Translations under genes and position numbers: made by a program | The notes under the pieces: generated by a model | What the model saw: the letters and a program-made list of their open reading frames with translations, nothing else | What the model was told of the DNA's origin: nothing | The model's database searches: none | From: Minisyncoccia bacterium | Lineage (GTDB): Bacteria; Patescibacteriota; Minisyncoccia; UBA6257; GWB1-50-10 | Assembly (NCBI GenBank): GCA_049997815.1 | Contig: JBEKVQ010000002.1 | Span: 10,483 to 74,482 of the forward strand | Length of the DNA stretch: 64,000 bases | Direction: 5' to 3' | In this document: positions 18,321 to 28,117 of the stretch, in pieces | Layout of the letters: each line of letters starts with the position of its first letter | How positions within the stretch are numbered: the stretch's first letter is position 1

Positions 18321-18494
18321 ATGAGACCGCAAAAATCCTTACCCACACAACGGCTGGCATCAGATCCGGGCACCGTTAAAAAGCTGAATGCGATAATCAG
18401 CAGAACCGATCGAATGCTCACGTCGAAAAAATTCCGCAAGTCCAAGAGGGCGACGGAAGGAATATGTGTGGATCTCAGAACAGAAAGGAGGTAG
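18321..18494 (+). CDS. Small basic hypothetical protein (57 aa)
   Basis: AAAGGAG RBS then ATG; MRPQKSLPTQ...RTERR*. Confidence 0.45.
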   Translation: MRPQKSLPTQRLASDPGTVKKLNAIISRTDRMLTSKKFRKSKRATEGICVDLRTERR

Positions 18495-18597
18495 CGATGT
18501 CTCAGCGTTATCCCACCATATAGGAACCGCACGTTCTATGAATGTATGCGGTTTTCTGTTTCTGGCGATTTTTTTCATAAAGGATTAAATTTAAATC

Positions 18598-20190
18598 ATG
18601 AGCGTTCGCGATGCCATCGCTTCCCATCTCGTTAAAGTCGTACCGAAAGGAACGGTGATAGACCTGCGCGTGCCGGACGAAAACCAAACGGCGCACTATG
18701 CGACCAGCGTTGCTTTCAAGCTCGCGAAGGGAGAAGGAAAGAATCCCCGCGAGGTCGGGGAGAAAATAGTACTCGCCCTTTTGGAATCGGCCCCGGCGGA
18801 ATTCTTCGACCGGGTGGAGGTGACCGGCCCCGGTTTCATCAACTTCTGGCTCAGCCAAGAAACGTTGAATGCGGAGCTAGAGAAGATAATCAAGGAAGGT
18901 AAAAAGTACGGCACGAGCAGAATTCTTAAGGATAAAATTCAGCTGGAATTCATCTCGGCCAATCCCACGGGGCCGCTTACGCTCGCGAACGGCCGGGGAG
19001 GGTTTTTGGGCGACGTGCTGGGAAACGTTTTGAAGGCCGCGGGCGCGGATGTGGAAAAGGAGTACTACGTAAACGATACCGGCAATCAGGTTTTAACATT
19101 CGGCAAATCAATCCTCGCTGCGCGGGGAATCATCAAAGACGAGCAAGATTTTTACAAAGGTGGCTATGTTAACGACTGGGCGAAGAAGAATTCCAAAATC
19201 GTCGCCAAGCTGAAAGACAAACCCCTGGAATTAGGCGAGCGGGCGGCCAAGGACATTTTGAAGAAGATAAAGACCGACATTGAGAAAAAAGCGAAGATAA
19301 AATTCGACCGCTATACGTCCGAAAAGAAAATCCATCAATTGAAATTGCCGGGCAAGATTCTCCAAATCTTCGAAAAAGGTGGGTGGGCGTATGAACAAGA
19401 TGGCGCCGTATGGCTCAAGACGACAGCGTTCGGGGACGATAAGGATAGGGTTCTAATAACAAGCAAGGATAAGTTCCCCACTTATCTTCTGGCCGATGCC
19501 GGCCACTATCTGGAGACCAAGAAGCGCGGCTTCGATACGAAGATAAACATCTTGGGGCCGGATCACTATGGCTATGTGAAAAGAATTCAGGCCGTGGCCC
19601 GAATTCTGAAGTTCAAGAAATCCGAAGTACTTATCACACAGGCCATTCGCCTGATGCGCGACGGGCAGGAATTCAAGATGTCCAAACGGAAAGGAGAGTT
19701 CGTCACATTTGAGGACCTGGTTAGCGAGGTCGGAATGGATTCGGCGCGCTTCTTTTTCCTGATGATTGCGCCCGAGACGCATATGGATTTCGATATGAAT
19801 CTGGCGAAGGAGCGCTCTAACAAAAATCCCGTTTTCTATTTGCAGTACGCCTATGTGCGGGCGAATAACATTTTGAAGAAAGCCAAAGCGCTGGCGGCCC
19901 AAAAGGCCGACCTGAAATTGTTGAATACCGAAGCCGACGTGAAGCTCATCCGGACGCTCGCTCAACTGCCAGAAGTTATCGCGGATACGGCTAATGATTA
20001 TCAGGTTCACCGGCTTACCCGCTATGCACTTGGATTGGCCGGAGATTTCCATAATTTTTATGAGAAGGAAAGGGTGCTCGACGAACCGAAAGACATCGCC
20101 GCCGCGCGCTACAAACTGGTGAAAGCGACGGCGATCATTCTTGAAGATCTTTTCGGCATTTTAGGCATCACGAAATTGAAGAAGATGTAG
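18598..20190 (+). CDS. argS: Arginine--tRNA ligase
   Basis: GPGFINF, EFISANPTGPL, EYYVND, MSKRKG, YLQYAYVR. Confidence 0.97.
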   Translation: MSVRDAIASHLVKVVPKGTVIDLRVPDENQTAHYATSVAFKLAKGEGKNPREVGEKIVLALLESAPAEFFDRVEVTGPGFINFWLSQETLNAELEKIIKEGKKYGTSRILKDKIQLEFISANPTGPLTLANGRGGFLGDVLGNVLKAAGADVEKEYYVNDTGNQVLTFGKSILAARGIIKDEQDFYKGGYVNDWAKKNSKIVAKLKDKPLELGERAAKDILKKIKTDIEKKAKIKFDRYTSEKKIHQLKLPGKILQIFEKGGWAYEQDGAVWLKTTAFGDDKDRVLITSKDKFPTYLLADAGHYLETKKRGFDTKINILGPDHYGYVKRIQAVARILKFKKSEVLITQAIRLMRDGQEFKMSKRKGEFVTFEDLVSEVGMDSARFFFLMIAPETHMDFDMNLAKERSNKNPVFYLQYAYVRANNILKKAKALAAQKADLKLLNTEADVKLIRTLAQLPEVIADTANDYQVHRLTRYALGLAGDFHNFYEKERVLDEPKDIAAARYKLVKATAIILEDLFGILGITKLKKM

Positions 20191-20275
20191 TCATTGACTT
20201 CTTTTCGGAATTAGTCCATACTATTTGCAAGTTCGCTCGTTCACATTTTTCATACACCAACTTAGGGGAGGTCCA

Positions 20276-20614
20276 ATGCACGACACTGGAAACGAAGAAT
20301 ACACATCCATAATGTTCTCGCCTATAGGTGGGGAATTTGGGAAAAACGCATGCAAAACCTGTTTTCGCTCTCTAGATGATGTTCTAGAGGGTGGGATGAG
20401 AGCAGGAATGGCTGGCGGAAGGGAAGACAAACAAGAGCTTCTGATTTCGCTGATGAGCGTGGATGGTCCGGATGAGGAATCGAAAAAGAAACAGAAGTTG
20501 TCGCTGCTGCTTTCCTGGTTAAATAAAGGCAAGAAGCACGATGAAATCGTGAGATGCCCGGAGTGTCACGGAATCCTCCAACTTGACGAAGAGGTCGGAG
20601 AACCAGAAGAGTGA
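20276..20614 (+). CDS. Small hypothetical protein with two CxxC motifs
   Basis: GGAGG RBS, CKTC and CPEC; followed by terminator. Confidence 0.6.
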   Translation: MHDTGNEEYTSIMFSPIGGEFGKNACKTCFRSLDDVLEGGMRAGMAGGREDKQELLISLMSVDGPDEESKKKQKLSLLLSWLNKGKKHDEIVRCPECHGILQLDEEVGEPEE

Positions 20615-20635
20615 CCGTGCGCGTCGAATTTTAAA

Positions 20636-20671
20636 GGCCGTTCCCGTTTGGTTGGGAACGGCTGGTTTTTT
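20636..20671 (+). terminator. Intrinsic terminator
   Basis: GCCGTTCCC/GGGAACGGC hairpin followed by a T run. Confidence 0.6.
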
Positions 20672-20712
20672 GCCAATAACCCGCATTTTTAATAGAATAA
20701 CCATATCCTCAG

Positions 20713-23700
20713 ATGTTAAAGAAACTGGATAAATTTTCCCTTCCGGAGATAGAGGAAAAAGTTCTGGAATTTTGGAAAACCGACAAAATCTTCGAAAAAT
20801 CTTTGACCAAGCGGGCCAAGGGCAAGAAATTCGTCTTCTACGAGGGCCCGCCGTCGGCGAATGCCCGGCCGGGCTTTCATCATATTCTCGCCCGTGTTTT
20901 CAAGGACGCCATTCCGCGCTTCAAGACAATGCGGGGTTTCTACGTGGCGCGGAGGGCCGGGTGGGATACCCATGGGCTTCCGATCGAGGTGCAGACGGAG
21001 AAAACGCTTGGTTTTAAGAACAAGCAGGACATCGAGCATTACGGAATAGCCAAGTTTAACCAGAAGTGCCGGGAGCTCGTCTGGCTCTACAAGGACGAAT
21101 GGGAAAAATTGACCGAGCGGATGGGCTTTTGGATAGACCTCAAAAGTCCCTATATTACCTACGAAAATTCTTACATCGAATCCGTCTGGAACATCCTAAA
21201 ACACGTCTGGGACAAGAAACTTTTGTATGAGGGCCACAAGGTGGTGCCGTGGTGTCCGCGGTGCGGAACGGGGCTTTCTTCGCATGAGTTGGCGCTGGGA
21301 TATAAGGAGGTCACGGATACATCCGTTTACATAAAATTCAAACTGAAACCGGGACAGAAATTCGGCAAATACACGGCGAAGGACTCGGCTTACATTCTGT
21401 CTTGGACGACAACCCCGTGGACCCTGCCGGGGAATATCGCGCTCGCAGTGGGAGAAAAAATCCCCTACACCGCGCTTCGCGTGAGGGGGACGAAAGAGCT
21501 CTATATTCTTGCGAGTGAGCTTATAAAAACCGTTTTTAAAGACCAAGAAATTGAGATCGTGCATGAAGACATAAAAGGCAAGGATCTGATCGATCTTGAA
21601 TACGAACCGCTTTTCGACATTCCGGCGCTGAGATCAAAAACATCGTACAGGATTTATAATGCGAAGTTCGTGACGACGACTGATGGCACGGGCGTGGTGC
21701 ACACGGCCGTGATGTACGGCGAGGACGACTACAATCTCGGAAAGGAAGTCGGCTTGCCGCAAGTCCACACGGTGGATGAGCAGGGAAGGTTCACGAAAGA
21801 CGTGAAGGGATTTGCCGGAATGTTCGTGAAGGCGAAAGAGACGGAGGATAAGGTAATTGAATATTTGAAATCCAGAAATCTTCTCTTGAGAACCGAGCCC
21901 TATAAGCATGAGTATCCCTTTTGCTGGCGTTGCGGTACCCCGCTTTTGTACTATGCCCGCGATTCATGGTTCATTTCGATGTCGAAGCTCCGCGCGCAGC
22001 TTCTCGCGGCGAACAATAAGGTCAACTGGATACCGGAAAATATCAAGGACGGTCGCTTCGGCGAATGGCTGAAAGACGTGAAAGATTGGGCCATCTCCCG
22101 AGAGCGCTACTGGGGTACGCCGTTGCCCATCTGGGTCTGCGAAAAGTGCGGGCACAAGAAATGCATCGGAAGCATTGCGGAATTGGAGGAAGGCCGGAAG
22201 AAGAGCTCGAACCGCTATATATTAGTGCGTCACGGTGAAGCGGAGAACAACCTGGAAAATATCATTGACCACGTCTTCGAGAAATCCCGCTCCAATCTCA
22301 CGCTTAAGGGACATACCCAGATTGATAGGCTGGGCAAGAAGTTTTCAAAAGAGAAGATAGACGCTATTTTTGCCTCGGATTTTCCGCGCACTAAGCAGAC
22401 GGCCGACATTTTGGCCTCGGCCTTGGGGGTAAAAAAAGTAAATCTCGACAAGCGATTAAGAGAAGCCGATCTGGGAATTTTGGAAGGTCACCAGGCATAC
22501 GAATATCACAAGTTTTATCCGGACGACATGGAAAAATTTGCGAACCCGCCGGAGGGTGGAGAGAGCCTGAATCAATTGAGAGGACGCCTTAATGATTTTA
22601 TAGAAGAAAGAGAAAAAGAGTTTTCCGGAAAGACCATCTTAGTCGTGAGCCATGAATACCCAATTTGGATGTTTGCGAGCATTCTCGAGGGTTGGGGCAA
22701 CCGCGAGGCGGTCGAGGAAAAACATCGGCGCGGAGAGGATTTTATAGACAGAGGCGAGGCGCAGGAATACCGCTTTCATAATTTGCCGAGAAATGACAAC
22801 GGTGAGATGGATATTCACCGCCCCTATTTGGATGATATAAAATTCGTCTGTGGAAAGTGCGGCGGAAAGATGGAACGCGTGAAAGAGGTGATTGATGTAT
22901 GGTTCGACTCCGGCGCGATGCCGTTCGCGCAGGACCACTGGCCGTTCTCCAAAGACCGAAAGCTGGATTATCCGGCGGACTTTATCTCCGAGGCGATGGA
23001 CCAGACCCGCGGCTGGTTCTACACTCTCCTCGCCATAGGCGTTCTAATGGGTAAAAACAGCCCCTACAGGAACGTTATCTGCCTGGGACTCATATTGGAT
23101 AAGAACGGCCAAAAGATGTCCAAATCCAAGGGAAACGTCGTGGACCCGTGGGAGATGATGAAGAAGCATGGCGTAGACGCCATCCGCTGGTACTTTTATA
23201 CCGTTAATCCGCCGGGCGAACCGAAGAAGTTCGACGAACTCGAACTTACAAAAACCTCCCGTCAGCTCTTCTCTTTGCTTTATAACTCGTTCGTATTTTT
23301 CGAAACATACAAAAGTAAGAATTCAAAATTCAAAATTCAAAATTTGAAATTCACGAACGTGCTGGATAAATGGATTTTGAGTCGCCTGAACGAAACGATT
23401 GATGTAGCCACTAAGAGATTGAATGAATATGCAATCGGAGATGCGGGGCGGGTGATGGAGAATTTCATCGGCGACCTTTCACGGTGGTATATCCGCCGTT
23501 CCCGGAGGCGTTTTCAGAAGCCGGATGATGGGAAGGATTACGCGGCGGCCTCAAGCGTGCTGGGCTATGTGCTTTTGGAAACGAGCAAGCTCATGGCGCC
23601 TCTTGCCCCGTTCTTTGCCGAAGCGCTCTATAAGTCGCTCTCAGATGACGAGTCCGTCCATCTGGCCGATTGGCCGAAGGTGGATAAGAAACTCGTGGAG

Positions 23701-24207
23701 AGAAAGCTCTCCGCAGCGATGGAAGAAGTGAGGGGTATCGCAAGCGCGGTTCTCTCGAAGCGGGCCGAGGTTGGGATTAAGGTTCGCCAGCCGCTTCAGA
23801 CGCTAAAAATCAAGGATATTAAATTAAAAATACAGAAAGAATTGCTAGGTATCCTAAAGGACGAGGTAAACGTGAAAGATGTGAAGTTCGATGCCAAGCT
23901 AAAGACCGACTTCGAGCTGGATACCCGGATAACCCACGAACTCAAAGAGGAGGGAATTCTGCGGGAGCTTATCCGCACCATTCAAGACCTACGCCAGGAT
24001 GCGAAGATGAAACCGCAGGACATCGTTCTACTTTTTCTTGACGGTCCCGATGAATTGAAAATGATTGTCTCAAAGTTCGGCGAGCTCTTAAAGAAAGAGG
24101 TGAAAGCGAAGAGAATCGAATTAGGAAAGCCGCCCAGATTTGATGCGGAGATTGAAACTAGGATAGAAGAAATGCCGGTTTGGGTGGGGATTAAAAAGGC
24201 GAACTAG
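20713..24207 (+). CDS. ileS: Isoleucine--tRNA ligase (type 2-like) with internal histidine-phosphatase domain
   Basis: EGPP..N..P, GWDTHGLP, WTTTPWTLP, GTGVVH, ISRERYWG, DQTRGWFY, KMSKS; insert with LVRHGE. Confidence 0.96.
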   Translation: MLKKLDKFSLPEIEEKVLEFWKTDKIFEKSLTKRAKGKKFVFYEGPPSANARPGFHHILARVFKDAIPRFKTMRGFYVARRAGWDTHGLPIEVQTEKTLGFKNKQDIEHYGIAKFNQKCRELVWLYKDEWEKLTERMGFWIDLKSPYITYENSYIESVWNILKHVWDKKLLYEGHKVVPWCPRCGTGLSSHELALGYKEVTDTSVYIKFKLKPGQKFGKYTAKDSAYILSWTTTPWTLPGNIALAVGEKIPYTALRVRGTKELYILASELIKTVFKDQEIEIVHEDIKGKDLIDLEYEPLFDIPALRSKTSYRIYNAKFVTTTDGTGVVHTAVMYGEDDYNLGKEVGLPQVHTVDEQGRFTKDVKGFAGMFVKAKETEDKVIEYLKSRNLLLRTEPYKHEYPFCWRCGTPLLYYARDSWFISMSKLRAQLLAANNKVNWIPENIKDGRFGEWLKDVKDWAISRERYWGTPLPIWVCEKCGHKKCIGSIAELEEGRKKSSNRYILVRHGEAENNLENIIDHVFEKSRSNLTLKGHTQIDRLGKKFSKEKIDAIFASDFPRTKQTADILASALGVKKVNLDKRLREADLGILEGHQAYEYHKFYPDDMEKFANPPEGGESLNQLRGRLNDFIEEREKEFSGKTILVVSHEYPIWMFASILEGWGNREAVEEKHRRGEDFIDRGEAQEYRFHNLPRNDNGEMDIHRPYLDDIKFVCGKCGGKMERVKEVIDVWFDSGAMPFAQDHWPFSKDRKLDYPADFISEAMDQTRGWFYTLLAIGVLMGKNSPYRNVICLGLILDKNGQKMSKSKGNVVDPWEMMKKHGVDAIRWYFYTVNPPGEPKKFDELELTKTSRQLFSLLYNSFVFFETYKSKNSKFKIQNLKFTNVLDKWILSRLNETIDVATKRLNEYAIGDAGRVMENFIGDLSRWYIRRSRRRFQKPDDGKDYAAASSVLGYVLLETSKLMAPLAPFFAEALYKSLSDDESVHLADWPKVDKKLVERKLSAAMEEVRGIASAVLSKRAEVGIKVRQPLQTLKIKDIKLKIQKELLGILKDEVNVKDVKFDAKLKTDFELDTRITHELKEEGILRELIRTIQDLRQDAKMKPQDIVLLFLDGPDELKMIVSKFGELLKKEVKAKRIELGKPPRFDAEIETRIEEMPVWVGIKKAN

Positions 24208-25061
24208 AACCTTCTCAATTGCGAGGCGATTCCGTAAAATACATTATCGCGCTCGTCCTTGTCTTCTCTGGTTAGGCCCCTTTCCTGCCTCTCTTTTAAT
24301 TTTTGTCCGTAGATTTTTTCTAGGATCCCGATATCGCGGTCGTATATCTCAACAATTTCTTTCTTACCGAGGTTTTCAGCGTGCCTTCTGAAGGTTTTTA
24401 GTTCGATCACCGCCTCCTCAAGGATTTGGAGTTGTATCCAGTGGTTGCCGAGAGCTTTTTTGTCTCCTGCCAGCCATAATTCGCCCAGCTCTCTTATGGT
24501 CTTTGCCTCAGCCCCGATTATGACTCGGGGGATGTGAGGAAGTTTCTGTGGTGGAGTATTTTTGGACACGAAGTACTTAACCTGGGTCAATTGGCCGCTT
24601 TCGATTTCTTGTTTTACCCTATTGAATTGCTGTTCCACTGTGTCGGTGCTAAGAGTCACGTCAATACCCAACGCTAGATAAGATGGGACTGTTTGGGGTT
24701 CTTTCTCAAATTCGACCACCGTATCAACGCCATTCTTGATTTTATCGAAGCGCGACGCATTAACGGCGGAAGCATCCCCGCCGAACAAGTTGCCCGCTTC
24801 ACTTTGTTGATTCACGATGACCTTAAAGAGCGTATTTAATCTATTCCCAACCGTCCCCTCCGCCCCGTTCCTCTCAGCGAACTCCTTTTCCTTTCTAACG
24901 ACGAAATCTTTATCGTTGGCAATCTCCTCCGTTGTGTAGTCCGGACTGCCGATAAATTCGTCGAGTTTGATCTCCTTCTCCTTCGATTTTAACTCAGCTC
25001 TATCGAGGGCTTTGTTCAGGTCGATTTCCTCGAGATTTCGTGCCTCGTAGTTTAATGTCAT
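24204..25061 (-). CDS. Hypothetical protein (possible restriction-endonuclease-like fold)
   Basis: 285-aa ORF; GVDTVVEF...LGIDVT pattern. Confidence 0.7.
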   Translation of the reverse strand: MTLNYEARNLEEIDLNKALDRAELKSKEKEIKLDEFIGSPDYTTEEIANDKDFVVRKEKEFAERNGAEGTVGNRLNTLFKVIVNQQSEAGNLFGGDASAVNASRFDKIKNGVDTVVEFEKEPQTVPSYLALGIDVTLSTDTVEQQFNRVKQEIESGQLTQVKYFVSKNTPPQKLPHIPRVIIGAEAKTIRELGELWLAGDKKALGNHWIQLQILEEAVIELKTFRRHAENLGKKEIVEIYDRDIGILEKIYGQKLKERQERGLTREDKDERDNVFYGIASQLRRF

Positions 25062-25085
25062 ATTTTCGTGATACCACCAAATGAG

Positions 25086-26072
25086 TTATTTGTAAAGCCC
25101 AATCTTCTTTTTCACTTCCAAAAGCTTTTTTGAAGCCACGGTGTTGGCCTCTTTGTTTCCGGCCGCGACACTCTTATTTATAAGAGTGGTGTTTTTTGAG
25201 AGTTCCTCCTTTTTCTTTTGGAACGGCGTAAGGGTTTTTACTGCGACCTCCGCCAAGTCGCGTTTGAATTGGCCATAGCCCTTGCCGGCGTACTTCTTTT
25301 CGATTTTTGCGCTGGTCTCTCCCGATAGGGCGGAGTAGAGGAGAATCAAATTACCGATCCCTTCCTTACCCTCAATGTCGGCTTTTACCTCACTTCTGGA
25401 GTCCGTGACCGCGCTCATTATTTTTTTGCGGATTGTGTCCGGAGAATCGTCAATGAAAAGGCAGCCAGCCGGGCGGGATTTGGACATTTTCTTTTTTGGC
25501 TCATCCAAACTCATTATCCTTGAGGCCCTGGTCAGAATCGGCTGGGGTTCAATGAACGTTTCTCCGTACTTGTTGTTGAACTTTCTGGCGATGGTTCGGG
25601 TGAACTCCAGGTGCTGGAGCTGGTCGTCACCCACCGGTACGAATTTGGCGTCGTAGAGAATGATATCGGCGGCCATAAGGACGGGGTAGTCAAAAAGCCC
25701 CAGGTTTATGTTTTCCGAGGCGTGTTCGGATTTATCCTTGAATTGCGTCATCCGGCTAAGTTCTCCGAACGGCGTAATGGTATTCAGAATCCAAGCGAGT
25801 TCCGAGTGGGCCGGCACGGCGGATTGGATGAAGATAATAGATTTCTTTGGGTCAATGCCGGCAGCAAGCATATCCAAGACCACATTTTTAATCTGTGCCG
25901 GTTTGTCTTTGGGATTGAAATCCTCCGTGAGCGAATGTAAGTCCGCCACGAAAAAGTAGCACTGGTACTTGCCGGAGTTTTGGAGGTGAACGGCGTTCTT
26001 GAGCATCCCCAAGTAATTGCCGATATGAAGTTTTCCTGTCGGCTGAATGCCGGATACCAAGATTGGTTTCAT
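25086..26072 (-). CDS. trpS: Tryptophan--tRNA ligase
   Basis: SGIQPTGKLHIGNY, YPVLMAADI, VPVGDDQ, KMSKS. Confidence 0.98.
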   Translation of the reverse strand: MKPILVSGIQPTGKLHIGNYLGMLKNAVHLQNSGKYQCYFFVADLHSLTEDFNPKDKPAQIKNVVLDMLAAGIDPKKSIIFIQSAVPAHSELAWILNTITPFGELSRMTQFKDKSEHASENINLGLFDYPVLMAADIILYDAKFVPVGDDQLQHLEFTRTIARKFNNKYGETFIEPQPILTRASRIMSLDEPKKKMSKSRPAGCLFIDDSPDTIRKKIMSAVTDSRSEVKADIEGKEGIGNLILLYSALSGETSAKIEKKYAGKGYGQFKRDLAEVAVKTLTPFQKKKEELSKNTTLINKSVAAGNKEANTVASKKLLEVKKKIGLYK

Positions 26073-26121
26073 ATGGATTTAGTATAAATGAAAAAGCCGC
26101 CTTTTAGAAAGGCGGATTTCT

Positions 26122-27855
26122 TTAGACCTCGATTATAACCGGTAGTATCATCGGCCTCCGTTTCGTCTTCGTAAAGAGATACTGGCCGATTTGGTCGCGG
26201 ATGAGGGCCTTCAGATAGTCCGCGTCAACCTCCTGCCCGTGAGGTAATCGGCCGACGATACCGCGCACCTTGCGCCGAATCTCGTCCAACATGGTCTGGT
26301 TTTCCTTCAGGTATATGAAGCCGCGGGAAATGATGTCGGGATTTTTCAAGACCCGGCCGGTCTTCCGTTCCAGTGTCGTGATGATGACGAACATTCCTTC
26401 CTCGGCGAGCATCAGCCGGTCGCGGAGAACCACTTCGCCCACGTCGCCTACACCTAAGCCATCCACCATGACGTAGTTGGCCGGCACTTCCTCATTCGTG
26501 ACTCTAACGGAATCCTTGGCGATCTCGACAACTTGGCCGTTGTCCACCATTACCGTTTCCTCCGGTTTCAGCCCCAGCACCTCCTGGGCATGCTTGGCAT
26601 TCCTCATTCTCATGAAGTAGTAGCCGTGAATAGGCAGGAAGAATCTAGGATGAACCAGCTTCATTACGGCTTTCAGTTCTTCCATCGGCGCGTGGCCGGA
26701 GGAATGGATGTCGAGCATGGTGAAGTGGTAGATGGTCGGTCCCTGACGCGCCAGATTATCCTTCAAAACTTGAACGCTGTGTTCGTTCCCGGGGACTATC
26801 GAGGAAGAAAGAATGAGCGTATCCGAGGGTTTCAATCTGATGTAGCGGTGTTCCTTGTTCGCAATGCGCATCATGGTCGCGTTGGATTCTCCCTGGGCGC
26901 CGGTGCAGATCAGGAGCAATTTCTCGTCCCGATGTTTATTGATTTCCTCGAGCGGGATAATCGTTCCTTTCTGTATCTTCATATAGCCGAGATTCTGGGC
27001 GATTTGGATGTTACTCTTCATGGAGTAGCCGCTTAAGGCCACCTTCCGGCCCAGTTTCTCGGCGATCTTTATTATCTCGGCCAGCCGGTCGAGAAGTGAA
27101 GCGAACGTCGCTATCAAAATCCTTCCCTGCGCTGCCTTAAAGAGTTTTTCCAGCTCCCTTTCGACGACCCTCTCGGAGAGGGACCAGCCGGGTTTTTCGG
27201 CTCCGGTAGAGTCAAGCATCAGGGTGTGAATACCCTGATCGCCGACCCACTTCCATTGGTCCAGGCCGCGCGGCTTACCCTCATTGTCGTAGTCGAATTT
27301 GAACTCGCCGGGGTGAACAATCTTCCCAATCGGCGTGTGGAGAATTATTCCGACACCTTCGGGGATGTTGTGAACGACGTCAAAGAATTCGGCTTTGAAA
27401 TACTGGCCGAACGGATGGGTCTCCCCGCCTTTGACTATCACGAAGTTCGGTTTGGGCGAATTCGGAAAATCGTCCTGGCGCTTCATGATAATTTCTTTCG
27501 ATATCTCGGTCGTGTAGATGACCGGGTTGCCAAGTTTGTCCAAAATGTATGGTATGGCACCGATGTGGTCGTAGTGGCCGTGGGTGACAATGAGGCCCTT
27601 AATATTTTTCCTTCTTTCCTCAAGATAGGTGACGTTCGGGATGATGTAATCTATGCCCGGCGTCGCCGCTTCGGGGAATTGAAGGCCGGCATCGATGATG
27701 AGGATTTCGTCTTTGTACTCGAAGAACATCATGTTGCGGCCGATTTCCTCGAGACCTCCGAGTGCAGCAAAGCGGACGGAATCCGCCTTTGGACCCCTTT
27801 CTTTTTCTTCGGGCTTTCTGTAAGCCCTGACTTTTGTTGTTGGTTTTTGAACCAT
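26122..27855 (-). CDS. rnj: Ribonuclease J
   Basis: LGGLEEIGRN, THGHYDHIG, TGAQGE, HSSGH, RRPMILPVI. Confidence 0.97.
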   Translation of the reverse strand: MVQKPTTKVRAYRKPEEKERGPKADSVRFAALGGLEEIGRNMMFFEYKDEILIIDAGLQFPEAATPGIDYIIPNVTYLEERRKNIKGLIVTHGHYDHIGAIPYILDKLGNPVIYTTEISKEIIMKRQDDFPNSPKPNFVIVKGGETHPFGQYFKAEFFDVVHNIPEGVGIILHTPIGKIVHPGEFKFDYDNEGKPRGLDQWKWVGDQGIHTLMLDSTGAEKPGWSLSERVVERELEKLFKAAQGRILIATFASLLDRLAEIIKIAEKLGRKVALSGYSMKSNIQIAQNLGYMKIQKGTIIPLEEINKHRDEKLLLICTGAQGESNATMMRIANKEHRYIRLKPSDTLILSSSIVPGNEHSVQVLKDNLARQGPTIYHFTMLDIHSSGHAPMEELKAVMKLVHPRFFLPIHGYYFMRMRNAKHAQEVLGLKPEETVMVDNGQVVEIAKDSVRVTNEEVPANYVMVDGLGVGDVGEVVLRDRLMLAEEGMFVIITTLERKTGRVLKNPDIISRGFIYLKENQTMLDEIRRKVRGIVGRLPHGQEVDADYLKALIRDQIGQYLFTKTKRRPMILPVIIEV

Positions 27856-27944
27856 TTGTTATTTAATTTTCTTATTATTTATTTTTCGACTTTACTAACC
27901 AAACCATGGGAGATTTCTCTCCATTTTTATTAATTTATTCCCTG

Positions 27945-28028
27945 TGGGCAGGGGGGGACTTGAACCCCCATAGGATTGCTCCCGCAGGCTCCTGAAGCCT
28001 GTGCGTCTGCCAATTTCGCCACCTGCCC
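27945..28028 (-). tRNA. tRNA-Leu(CAG)
   Basis: Cloverleaf with long variable arm; anticodon arm CAGGC-TTCAGGA-GCCTG; no encoded CCA. Confidence 0.95.
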
Positions 28029-28117
28029 CCACACCAATCGACGATCAGATCCGTCTGTAAAAATATTCAATCTTTTCGGAGACTTATAATCTTCAATTGG
28101 TGCGGAGGCCCGTCCGG

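Noticed and set aside
18955-19000. ArgRS lacking a canonical HIGH motif (TLAN)
   Set aside because: The rest of the enzyme is intact, and this is most simply lineage divergence rather than inactivation.
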